NCBI GenBank assembly: GCA_016748015.1
Contig: JAAOMT010000445.1
Location: 1-64,000 of the forward strand
DNA from: Geosiphon pyriformis uo1
Taxonomy: Eukaryota; Fungi; Glomeromycota
Direction: 5' to 3'
DNA: 64,000 nucleotides
In this document: positions 39,221 to 51,707 of the stretch, piece by piece
Layout: each line of letters begins with the position of its first letter
How positions within the stretch are numbered: the stretch's first letter is position 1
The notes under the pieces: model-generated
What the model was told of the DNA's origin: nothing
The model's input: the letters and a program-made list of their open reading frames with translations, nothing else
Database searches by the model: none
Made by a program: the position numbers and the translations under genes

Positions 39221-40246
39221 AATGTTACAGGTGATTATTTCTGCTGTCAAATCAAATAACAAACCCGTAACTTGGTGTTCAAAGCTAATTGCAGTTGATA
39301 TTGGTCTGAAGATTTAGTATCTGAAGGTTTTGGTTGAGTTCTTTGTATAATAGACAGAGATTCAAATGGTGTTGATAGTAGATGTATCCTTCCAAGAGTT
39401 TTCCCAATTTCTTTTTCAGCATGGTGGCCGTATTTAGTCTGGCAGTCATGCTCTTCTGGTAAGCTATCCAATAATATATATAAATCCTACCCTTATTTCT
39501 GGGTCTTTTACCAGGCTATCCTTGACATCAATAACTCAGTGCTTAATTTTTTAATCAATTAGTATACAACAACAAAATCAAAACGGAAGAAAATAAAATA
39601 AATAAGAAATAAAAGTAAGGAAAGTAAAGAAAATAAGCCAAAGCAATTTGGTCTATTAGTATCTCGTTAATAGCCGTAATCAAGAGCTATTGTTTTAGCA
39701 TGGTTAAGTATCAATTACTATCAACATGAAGTGTTGATAGTGGAGAGTGAATTGAGATATGGAATGATTATTTATTTAATGATTAGTTTCTTGGCTAAGA
39801 ATTCTGTGGTATCGATTCTGTCTTTTCTGTTTCTAATACTACTGCTATATATACATAATTGAGATTCCTCAATTCCTTAATTCTTTACGACAGGAATCCT
39901 AGAATTCCTGGAATTCTGGAATCCTGCAATTCCTTGTTGGGAATCCTGAAATTCCTGGAATCTTGCAATTCCTAAGAGGAATCCTGGAATTCCACATTTA
40001 CTACACTTACTTCTAATTGGCTAATAATTATGCTAATATAATTCCTATATTTCTATGAGTAATATCGATGAGATTGATAACTTTTCTATAGAAGTCAACA
40101 GCATTATCATGCCAATTAAGATATTAGTCATAAAAGCCACTTAATACTAAGTACTTATTGGTAACAATTGGCTGTCTAAAACCAACACAATATTTGATTG
40201 GAACATGTAGAAGCTTCAACTTAGCCAGAATGGTTAACACACATGT

Positions 40247-41073
40247 TGTTACAGATAATTATTTGGAGTCTTAAATCAAATAACAAACCCATAACTTGGT
40301 GCTTGGCTGATATTCTGGTGTTAATATCTGAAGGTTTGGTTGTAGAGTTTTTTGTATAGTAGACAAAAATTTAATTGATGGTTTTATCTGTAGCTTCCCA
40401 AAACTGCAGTTTTGTCAATTTTTTTTTTAGCGTGATGGCTGGTAATTCTCTTAGTAAGCTATCCTCAAATCTATAAGTGTTCTACCCTTGTTTCACAGGT
40501 TTTTTACTAGTCCCTATAACATCTGTATCTCAGCGCTTAATCCTTATTCAATTTAGTAAAACCAAAGAAATAACAAAACAAATAAAAAAAAATAAAAGAA
40601 GATAAAAAAATGAGTAAAAGCAATTGCAAGTTAGTATCCTGTCAATAGCCGTGATCAAGAGCTATTGTTTCAGTGTAGTTAAGTATCAATTACTATCAAC
40701 ATAAAGTATTGATAGTAGAGAGTGGATTAAGATAGTAAATAATTATCTATTAATACTTGTGAATGAAAGATTGCTTAGATCAGATCTAAACTAAGAGGTC
40801 TTTAACTAAAAAATTCTGTCTTTTTTACTTTTAGCACTACTGCTATATATACATAATTGAGATTCCTCAATTCCTTAATTTTTCACACCAGAAATCCTGG
40901 AATTCTTGGAATCCTGCAATTTCTCTTGAAAGGAATCCTGGAATTTTGGAATCCTGCAATTCCTTATATGAGAATCCTGAAATTCTTGGAATCCTGGAAT
41001 TCCACATTTACTATAGCTACTTCTGATTGGCTAATTTATATGCTAATATACTCCCTATGTTTTATAAGTAACA
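40247..41073 (-). mobile_element. Solo LTR D inserted just after the protease of element A
   Basis: TGTTAC...GTAACA termini; exact TSD ATGT; homologous to the C LTRs. Confidence 0.92.
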
Positions 41074-43588
41074 ATGTGTACCAGCCACATGTAGCCATTT
41101 TAAGACTATCAAAACACCAGCACCACTCATTAAGTTCAAAGAAAAAGAGAAAAAACCTATCTGGAAAGCCTATCAAGTGTCATGGACTGAAGACAACCAC
41201 AATGAGTTACAACCAATACCCTCTTAAGATGACAATGAAAAAAGAAAACAAAAAAAAGAACTTACCTGAAATGCCAATCAAGTCTGGGGAATTGACAATA
41301 ACCCAGACAAATCATCAATTTGGAAGTGAAAAAAAAATACAAAAGGAAAAAGAAAAGGGAAAGAAAAAGAGCTAGCACTAATCACTACTGTTACTTATAT
41401 TCTCTATACCTATACCACACCACCACCATTTAACTATTACTAACTGAAACTAGTATGTGTCAACTATAACAAGAAATTGTTCATAATGAGCACATACTAT
41501 GATAATAATAAAGAATGGCAGATGGCAACTAAATTCTATTGCTGCTTATACAACATTGAACAGTTTGGATGACCAAAAAGACAAGGAAAATAGGACAACA
41601 AACCATGTTTGATTTGCAGTGAAACTCTCTTTGATAAAGGAATGTGGAACAACATTCCTGGAAGAGAAAAAATATGTGACAAATTGTGTCAATACACAAT
41701 CCTAATAAGTGGCTGGATAAAAAAAAAGACACCAATAAAAGCCACCTGGAAAAGAGCAGTAAAACATTTGGATGGTTGTCCACATGATGACAACAAAATA
41801 TAGTGAATGACATTTGCCAAAATCAAAGACACATTACCAAAAGAAATCAAGATAATAAAAAATAACCTTCCAGAACTCATAAAACTCAACTGGGACCCAG
41901 AACCAGTCATAAATTTCTTGGATCCAGAACAATTCTATGAATACTACCAAGAATTAGCACCTATTCGAAAAGAACAAAAACAATGCTTGGAAGAAATCAA
42001 CACCTGACTATATAACTACTGTTTAATTCTATGTAACTTTCAATCTTGTAATGAGTGTGACCTTATTTACAATTTACTACCACACATAATCTACATGATC
42101 CTGGAAGAGGAAGAACCAATTAACAACTGCACATCAGAATTGGAATCAACTTTCAATTTCAATTCAAACTCTAACAACAATGATAACAAAAACAATTCCA
42201 GCTCCACCCAAAATAGCAATGCAAATAACAATGATTTAGATCCCAATTCAAACCCCAAAACATACATTGCATTTTCTAATCTCTCTAAAGAGCAAGAACT
42301 CAAATGGTTTAGTGATAACAATAAAGGTATTATGCCAAAATATACATATAATACTGATATAGGGTTTGATCTAAAATATTCTAGAAAAAACATCATCAAA
42401 TTAGAACCAATAGATAAACCAATTTCCAATATCATATTGTTACTATCAATTGGGATAAAAGTAGATATTCAGAAGTTATATTTTGACAAATCTAAGAGAA
42501 TCTTTAATCAAAAAATAATTCGGAATATTGAAGACATTATTGGAAAGAAAACAAACTTGACATTACATATCAAGACCATTTATTGACTATACACTATATT
42601 TTAAAACTACCCAAAAGTATTGTTACACTTTAACATAGAAACAATAACTATCAACCAGTAAAAAAAAATGAACAATTCACAAATTAAACAAATAAAGAGT
42701 AGAGTAGAACAGACAATACTTGAAAAAAAATATTTGACATAATTCAAAATGAGAATTTCAATAGAGCTTAATATTAAAAGGAGAAGATAATGTTATTTAC
42801 AAAAAGAAAACAGATATAGAAAATAGTAAACCAATAGAAAAGTAGTAGTTAACACATAAGCACATTGCTCAGCAATGTGAAACAATATCAGAAATCACAA
42901 CACATTGTTCAAAAAATTATAGCACATTGTTCAGAAATGTAAGTGATCTTATAAAACATCAATTATGTATATATATCAGTAGTATTAGAAGAAGAAAAAA
43001 CAAATCTCTCAGTTTAGATTTAATCTAAGCAATCTTTCACATTACAAATATCAAATAAATAATTATTTACTATTTCAAATTCACTTTTTACTATTAATAC
43101 TTTATGTTGATAGTAATTGATACTTAACCACACTAAAACAATAGTTCTTGATCACAGCTATTGACAGAATACTAACTTTTATTGTTTTGGCTTATTTTTT
43201 TATTTTTTTTTATTTTTTTTATTTTATTTTTTTTGTTATTTTTTTTTGTTGAGTACTAATTGATTAAAAAATTAAAGTGCTAAATTATTAACATCAAGAA
43301 TTGCCTGGTAAAAGACCCCTGTGAGTGGGTAGAGCATGTAAAAGAATTACAGATTACTTATCAGAGAAGTACCAGTTATCAAGTTAAAGAAAGAAATTGA
43401 CAGAATTGTAATTCTGAAAAGCTACGGATAAACAACTATTAAATTTCTGTTTATTATACAAAGGATTCAACCAAAACCTTCAGATAACAATACCTTCAGA
43501 TCACTATTATCATGAATAGCTTCTGAGCACCAAGTTACAGGTTTTGTTATTTGATTTAAGACCTTAAACCTATCACTTATAACAATAT

Positions 43589-44850
43589 AAAGTTCTATAA
43601 TTAATTGGATATTTCAGAAAATAAGTACTAAAAACTATTTAATAGCTGGCTTGAAAGCTTTAAAAACTATGTTGGATTGTATTTACTTTACTTTCATAAT
43701 AATGTATTATTAGCCAATATTAAATATATTAAAGATAAGTGAGTATATCTAATAATATTTTTTGCTAATTAAAAATTATATAATATTTTCAACATAAATA
43801 AAATTACACTATTTTATGCCATATTATCAAATTAAAGTCTTGCTACAATATTATATTATAACATTAAACAATTAAAAGTGTGACTAATATTTGCTTTTAC
43901 AACTAATCTTGATAGAATTGAGTGTTTGCCACCACTTATTATTAATTATGTTAAATGTTCATGTTGTTTTTAAAAGAAAACAAGAAAGCAACTTAGTTTT
44001 TAGTATTATTTAAACACTTATGCTTAGATAACTGATGATATTTTTTGATAATAATTTGTTAATTAAAACTATCAGCTGCATAAAAAAAACCAAAACATAT
44101 TGTTATTAGTAGACAATTTTGCTGATTATAACTATAATATAAAATTTATTACAAATATTTATGTAGAATAGTTTGTATTTAACTTAATAATACATATTCA
44201 ATTTATAAATATTGAAATTATTCATTGTTTTAAGACACATTATTGTTAACATTTTTTTACTATATATTGAATTTTTTTAATAATGATACTAATAATATTT
44301 ATGCAATTAACTAACTTTAAACAATGTGTTTAATTTATAAAGTATAGAAAAATATTTTAAATGAAATAATTGTTCATTGTTAGTACAAAGTTGGCATCTT
44401 TCTAATTAATACAAATAACAACTTTTAAAATAAAACTACAAATTTGGAAATAATAGTTAATTATAATTAAAAGATAATATTAAAAAAAATTAAAAATTGC
44501 TACAAAAGTTTAATTGTATACAACCAAATTGTACATACTTATTAATTAAAGAGTTGGTAAATTTATCTAAAAAAAACAATACAATTATTTTAGAATATCT
44601 GAATGATAATAAGATTGCAAATTATATAATAAATTATAAAATAAAGCATAATAGTTCTAATAAAAAACAAGAAATACAGAAAATAATAAATATTAAGAAT
44701 GCACTAACTGCTATTACAAATCTTGAACAGTTTATAGAGCTTAAAAATAGCAAAAAAATTTATAATACAGTTAGTAAGCTTGTTTATATTAAATGTATAT
44801 ATTATAAAAAAATACAAAAAACAAATAATTCTTACAAGTTTTTTTAATAT
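43589..44850 (+). pseudogene. Decayed CENP-B/pogo DDE transposase (N-terminal HTH part lies at ~25750-26079)
   Basis: NSWLESFK (SNGW-like); NIFNINKITLFY (DIFNxDETxLFY-like); LPPLII; LLLVDNF; THIQFINIEIIHCFK (QPxDxGII-like). Many stops. Confidence 0.8.
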
Positions 44851-46311
44851 TGCATGAATTATTTAAAGATTCTTATAAGAATATGCAAATAAATTTATTT
44901 TATAATAATATTATATCTATTTTTATTATATGTATAATATATATATTTAAACTTGAAAAATGCATAATCTGTAATAACTTATAATAAATTGTATCCACTA
45001 AGAATATGAATTATCTCAGGTTTGACTGTATGTTATTTTTTTGATTTATTTTTTTGGTAAAAAAATAAAAAATAAAGATATTAGTATTGTATTTTATTTA
45101 TTTTGATTTTTAATAAATTTTAATTTAATGTTAAAAAATTATATTACAAATAGAAATGTCTTTTAATTAAAAATAAATATTTTTATATTAATAGTAATAA
45201 ACAAATTTATATTATAAGTAATTAAATTTTAAATATTTAAATTTAAAAGTTATTTAATAAATATTTAAAAACACAAAATTTTATTAATATATACAAAATA
45301 AAAAAATATGAAAATTAATTAAACAAATAAGAATAAATTTATATAAATTAATTTTCGGATTTTAATTCTTAACTTAATTAATTAATTAGTAATTAGTAAT
45401 TATAAATGTGGTTAACTAATAATAAAATAAAAAATTCTTTTTTTTTGATTTTTAATATAATTTTAATTTAGTATTTTTATCTTGATTTTTGTGGTAACTT
45501 TTATTATACATTACTTTTGTTTTAATCAAAAAAGATTTTTTCTAATTACCATTGTAATGTTGTTGCAGTCGGTTTGCTTTTTATTAAATATATAATGAAA
45601 ATAAAAGACTGTAAATTTTTTCTTTCATATAACTTTTTTCAATCAACTTATTTACAATTCAAAAAAGTATTAGCTTGTATTTTTGAATCAATTTTTTATG
45701 ATTAAAAAATATTAGCACATATTATGTTTATTAGAATCAAGGTTATTTGAAACATTTCCACTCGCTATAATTTGCATAAATAATGATTTCTGCTGTTTCA
45801 GAATCAAACCTATCTTTGCAAATGATCACTGTTTATACTGCCCAAAAACCTAGAGATCAAATTAAAATTTTATCTCGAAGCCAATTGTTTAGAGAAGATT
45901 CAAAAAGGCTTTTCCTCGAGTATAACGCCTTTAGAATTTTCAGATAGCCAAAGATTGATGCTTGAAACCAAAAATCCGGCTCAATAACCAACGTAGAAAT
46001 AACAATGGGGATGATTTTAACCTTTGTGCAATTGTAAATTTCATGATGCATTGGCAATATTTATTTTAATCTTATGAGCAAAACAAATAACTTGAAAATC
46101 AAAACATTTAAAAAAGAAAGGATTTATCGTAAAGCTAAAGGTACGGTCGAAGTTGAAATTATCTGCCTTTTATATGAATGACTAATTACAAATTAAGTAA
46201 AATAGTATAGTGAGTCGAAAAAATAATAGTCAAAGTGTTTTTCTAAAAATCGAACCATCTATATAAAGAAATACGATTTTCATTGCAGTTCGAACTGTTC
46301 TCATTATTCAT

Positions 46312-48276
46312 TTAAATTCTTGGTCCAGCGGCTATGACTTCTTCTAGAGTTTCATCTTCATAAGACTTGAAATTTTGAATGAAACGTTGCGCTAGTCTTC
46401 TACGGCTATCTATGAATTCGGATTGGGAAGACCATACCCTTGATGGGTTTAATATTTCAGGTGGGACGCCGGAAACACTTTTAGGGACCTTGAGGTTGAA
46501 TACATCATAGTTTTCATATTCAGCCTTTGCCAATTCACCTGAATGAATTGCATCAATAATCGCACGAGAATGTGAAAGCTTGATACGTTCACCAGATCCA
46601 TATCCACCACGATTCCATCCAGTATTTACAAGCCAAGCATCAGCTTTATGATGTTCCATCTTGTCAGCCAACATTGTTGCATAACGAGCTGGATGAAGAA
46701 CCAAGAATGGCTGACCAAAACAAGCCGAGAAGGTTGCCTCTGGTTCTGTAACACCTTCTTCCGTACCAGCGATTTTGGCGGTATATCCAGAGATGAAGTG
46801 GTACATGGCCTGTTCAGAGGAGAGTTTTGAGACTGGGGGAAGGATACCATAAGCATCACATGTCAAGAGGATGATATTCTTTGGGTGTTGAGTAGATATG
46901 CATGGTACTTTGGCATTAGGAATAAATTCGATGGGATAGGCGCATCTGGTGTTTTCTGTGACTGAACCATCATAATAGTTCACTTCACGACTTTTTTCAT
47001 CATATACAACGTTTTCCAACACAGATCCGAAACGAATTGCGTTAAAAATCTCTGGCTCCTTTTCAGCCGATAAATTTATACATTTTGCATAACAACCGCC
47101 TTCAATATTGAAAATACCATCCTCCGACCAACAATGTTCATCGTCACCGATCAAAAAACGTTTTGGATCAGCTGATAATGTTGTCTTGCCAGTACCGGAG
47201 AGACCAAAGAAAATTGACACATCACCATCAGAACCTTCATTGGCAGAAGAATGTAATGACAAGACTTTATGCTTGACAGGCATATAATAGTGCATTACAG
47301 TAAAGCTGTGATTGAGATGAAAACAAATTAATACGATGACAATAAATAAAATGGAATCGAATTAAAAATTTGAAATATTTTCATGGCTAATTATACTTAC
47401 ATTCCCTTTTTCATCTCACCAGCGTACTCTGTACCCAAGATTACCATTTCACGCATATGGAAGTTGATAGATACGGAAGTGGTTGAGGTCATACCAGTAG
47501 TGTAGCGATTGGCGGGGAAGGCACCAGCGTTGTAGATAGTAAAATCTGGAGATCCATAGGTTTCCAATTCTTCAGCAGTCGGACGAATCAACATATTTCT
47601 CATGAAGAGAACATGATAGGCACGAGCAGCAACAACGCGAACCTTAATACGATATTTTGGATCCCACCCTGCGTAGCCATCAAAGACATAAATTCGACTA
47701 CGAGTGTTCAGGTAATCAACAGCACGCTCGCGATTAATCAGAAAGATATGTTCTGGTAACTTTGTGTTGACGGGTCCCCACTAGTGATTAAAATGAAGAA
47801 GAAATCATTAAGTAATTAGAATTTTTAATCAACTTCTAAAAATTCTTGGTTAATTCAATTAAAATGAATAAATTTACCCAAATATCGTCAGTAGAGGAAG
47901 GTTCGTCTACAAGACGTTTATCTTTTGGAGAACGACCAGTCTTGTTACCGGAAGCAGTAATAAGAGCACCACTAGAAGAGATGGCGGAACCAGTCTCATA
48001 CTTGAGTGCCTCTTCGTAAAGTTGTGGGACGGATGGTTGCCACTGAATAGTAACACGGTCGTAGTCAATATGAGCGTTATCGTGAAGTTCCTCTTCTACC
48101 CGTGTATGTGTAGTCATCGTTACAGGCTGTTTGGAGATTAAAGTAGTTGTGGAAAAAAGTTTTTTTTGACTTTTTAAAAGGGAATATTTTGGAATCGATG
48201 ATATTTTTAAGTTTTTCAATCGGATAAGTGAAGCTGAAGGATGAGCTTTATATAAAAACCGAGCGGAAGAAATCAT
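46312..48276 (-). CDS. PCK1: Phosphoenolpyruvate carboxykinase (ATP), 3 exons; alternative start at 48117
   Basis: TGRSPKDKR; [13 protein letters not shown]; [16 protein letters not shown]; IGDDEHCW; [10 protein letters not shown]; ENTRCAYP; WLVNTGW. Two GT-AG introns. Confidence 0.97.
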
Positions 48277-49857
48277 CTCTTTTCGTCCAATTTGATATTT
48301 GATCTAAATTATGATTTTTTTAACTTGTTTTTGTGTAAATTCATAATCATTCAAATAACTGGGTGTTGAGGACGACAAAAAATTATTGTGGCATGATGGC
48401 ATCTTAATATAAAAAATAATAGCTTTTGTTGATTTCTAATTAGGGAACCCAATTTATGCAAGAGCCTGCACAAAAAGACTAGTATTACAATTTAGATTAG
48501 CATATTGACCCGCGTTAGCCCGTAAATGTTAATAAAATACTAGATTCTGTACTCCGAATTCCCCCATTATGACTCACGATTATTCCCGAATGCTGAAACG
48601 GGTTTATCAGAAAATATTATGGCAAGTGAAACCTGATAATGATATGTGACCCGAAATTCGCAAATTCCCTTTGGTTTCCAGAGCGTCAATTCTGAAAGTG
48701 TGATTTTCAGCCTAGGTCTCATCATCTCAATTATTGCATAGTGATACCAAAATTCATAATACATGTTCTAACCATATTAAAGAATATCGAACATCAGACA
48801 TGCGATTTTGGCTAGTGACCATATAAGAATTTTCGGGTGCTCTTTAAAAGCTTTGGATCTGCCATTCTCGTGAAACATTAAATTCAGGATGGCTTTCATT
48901 TTCTCATGTAGCGTAATAACCCTGACAAAAATCTCAGGTGATTAGTGGATCACCAGAGTTCTGCTTGTGAAGAAACTGTTATCCAATTTCAAAAACCATG
49001 CGTCTGTCTAGTGGGGTAAAGGATATGGTACTCTGTGTGCTTTGCTTGACAAAATATGAATAAAAAGCTATATTGTAAAAGTCAATGAATTTGTTTATTT
49101 GTTATTTTCAGCTTAGTCTTATTAACAGATTTTTACTCGAGTAGTAGTAAAATTCTGACAGATCTGACAAATGGGTTGCTATCTTTACATTATTAATCAA
49201 TAAGCTTTTGAAATTTAAATAATGAAAATTTTAATTACAAATATCTTTATCAGAATTTTCAAAATTGTGTTTAATAAAACAATTAGTTTTTGTTTACATA
49301 ATTAATAAACTTTGACAATTATGTAATTGATTTTTATTTTTCAAATTTAATGTAGCTTTTTTTCCATAATGTTTAAGATCCTTCAATCTATGTCTTTAAT
49401 TTCTGAAATTCAATTATTATTTAATTCTTTTACAGTGCTTTTTCACTTTTGACTTTGATTAGTGCTCTAATATCTGCGACATGACATTGATCGGCTTTCA
49501 CAGCAATTGATGTTGAACCCTTTGCTTCTCTCAACAAGGCGTTACGAACTTTTTTGATTGTAATACCAGTGCCTTGGAGAATTCAATACAAAATTTTATA
49601 ATCGAACATTCACTGCAGAATAAAACTATTTTTATACAAACATCACCTCTTACCTTTACTCTAAAGATCAGGTGGAACATTTCGAGAGCTTCATGTAAGG
49701 AATCATTGAATGGGGATTCGTGCATGTCCGGTTTCTGCCAAAAACATTGCCTCCAGCATGATATACAACATTTGCACGAACCTCAAGTCTGACCACATGA
49801 AGTGCAACAGTGAATAGGCCCTTGATCTCTCGAGCAAGGTTCTCTGGAAGTTGCTCA

Positions 49858-50670
49858 GAGCCGCATTTTATTTTCACTGCTCAAATGATCTGAGAGTTGA
49901 TCACGTGCTGTCTTAACAACTTTTATGAGATCCTCCACATGGCTTAGACCTGAATTTTCCACAGCACCCAATTCGATGCCTCGAATATCATCATGGAACG
50001 CTGAATGACGCTGTAATAACAACACACCCGTGTTTTAATTAACAAATTATAATTATACACGAACCTGCAGTCTCCGTGAGGTATTTTTCGATAACATTGA
50101 CAATATTCTTAAATCACATGTCTTTGGGGCCGTGAGGCCGAGCTCATAATCATCGATATTACTGACGAGTTCATCATTATCGTTTCCAGTGGTCAATGAC
50201 GCTGTGATACGTAACTTTTTGTGTGATCTCACGTCGAGCTCGTCAATGAGATTGTCAGTTTTTTGCGCGTACGCCGCATCGAACACCTCCAACGCAGTAA
50301 TTTGGCTTTTGCGCTTGGAAATGAATGAGATTAACGTGGTACACGGTTATCTACACCAATAACCATAGAAATCACGAGATACACCTGTTTGAATAGCCGT
50401 TCATCAAGATTAGTTGATTCCAGAAGCTCCTTCGTCGTAGACAAAATTTTCTTGAAGAGCTGCCTTGTCTCGTCTTGATATTAATTTTTTTAGAAAAGTA
50501 ACATATCGTTACTTCAGTGTCAAGAACAAGTGATCTGATAGGGTAGTAGTAGACCAAAAAGGCTTCACTGCTATCAGAAAACCGAAGAACGACCATGCGG
50601 AGAAAGGCGTCTCTTCAAAGTAAGATTTCAACACTAAATCCAAACATTTGGTTTGTCTACTGCTAGAAAG
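49858..50670 (-). CDS. Spliced hypothetical gene or pseudogene, start codon not resolved
   Basis: Four segments join in frame across three GT-AG introns (..SYFEETPFSAWSFFGFL..LK|QLFKKIL..LFKQ|RKSQITALEVFD..RLQ|RHSAFHDD..KMRL*). No recognisable domain; further exon-like remnants extend to ~49430. Confidence 0.45.
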
Positions 50671-50836
50671 GTTTAGGTATACTAAATCTTTATTTATGTT
50701 TATTAATTTGTGATTCGTGATTGGCGTCAGAAAATTAATTTTTTGCAGATCGGATAAATTTGATAGACAATCCAAATTTTATTGCTAAATACTCTCATTG
50801 ATTCATCTTCTCTCCCTTATTGAATTCCCAAACAAT

Positions 50837-51460
50837 ATGACCCAACGCGGTCCGATAACATGCCATATTCTTGACTCTTCCCGGGGCCAACCTGCATCCA
50901 ACGTGCTAGTAAAATTGGAGGTGAAAAGTCAGGAGTTAAACGAATGGACGGCAGTGGCCGAAAGGTTATTTTTGATTAAATTTATTTATTTCATAGAAAC
51001 TGGTGATATCTGGGTTTTTGATCCATGTTTTACTCGATGAAAATTTTGAAAATTCGAATTTTTACATTCTAAAAGTTGACTCCATACTAACCTTCCAGAC
51101 GCACCGATCATGATGGTCGATGCTCCCATCTTCTCTCACCTGATTACCAAATCAATCTCGTACAGCATGGCGATGATCCCCCTCGAAAAGCTATTTATCG
51201 AATCACATTTTTTACTAAAGCTTATTTTGACCATTTGGAACTTGAGACTTTTTTTCCTTATGTTCAAGTAAGCATGTTTTAATGGTTCAAATTGTTGGTT
51301 TGACCTTCAATGTCCCACGAATTTTAAATAATTCCTTGTCTGATTCCAAATTCTCATTTCAAAATTCAAGGTGGTTTTTGAAATCACCGATCTTCAACAG
51401 CATTATCATATCCCCTTGCTTCTCAGTCCCTTTTCTTATACCACATATCGAGGCAGCTAA
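50837..51460 (+). CDS. 5-hydroxyisourate hydrolase (transthyretin-like), 3 exons
   Basis: [15 protein letters not shown]; RTDHDGRC; TFFPYVQ|V; [19 protein letters not shown] with the diagnostic terminal YRGS. Confidence 0.95.
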
Positions 51461-51707
51461 TTAAATTATCGTTTAAATCTGAAATTGAAATTAGCACCAT
51501 TAATTCATCATACATCTACAGATGAAGCTCTTAATTAAGAAGAGGATTTGGAACTTTATTCTTTTTCCTTGTACTGTAAACCTTGATAAAATAAAATTTG
51601 TCATCGTCCTTCTTTGGCAATGATAATATTCGGAAGATTGAGAGGGAAGTAATTCGGAATTTTCCAGATTTTTATTTTAAGTAATGAAAATAAGTCGCGC
51701 TTCTTGA

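Larger units (their letters stand above)
30368..40064 (-). mobile_element. Full-length Ty3/gypsy element C inserted in the protease of element A
   Basis: LTRs 39223-40064 (5') and 30368-31162 (3'); TSD TCGG/TCGA; PBS; PPT GAAAGGAGGAAATAA; order gag-PR-dUTPase-RT-RH-IN; multiple premature stops. Confidence 0.95.
26080..43584 (+). mobile_element. Ty3/gypsy element A: internally deleted (no RT, RNase H or integrase core), host of three nested insertions
   Basis: LTRs 26080-26971 and 42791-43584; PBS TGGTGCTTTCTGTAAGG after the 5' LTR; PPT AAAAGGAGAAGATAA before the 3' LTR; TSD ACAT/ATAT; gag and protease (ILDSGSAGSII) resume correctly across the inserts; deletion junction near 42410. Confidence 0.88.
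24831..45028 (+). mobile_element. pogo/Tigger (Tc1/mariner superfamily) DNA transposon, ~2.7 kb native length, split by the gypsy nest
   Basis: TIRs TAGTCAAATTTAAGATAATTTATACT and CAGTCAAACCTGAGATAATTCATATT (20/26, all differences transitions), each flanked by TA. Decayed transposase inside. Confidence 0.8.

Noticed and set aside
39890-39995. Heat-shock elements in the LTR cassette
   Set aside because: Spacing is GAATTC or TTC-NNN-GAA, not the alternating nGAAnnTTCn pattern.
50837-51460. Recent bacterial transfer of the HIU hydrolase
   Set aside because: It has two spliceosomal introns and the family is normal in fungi.
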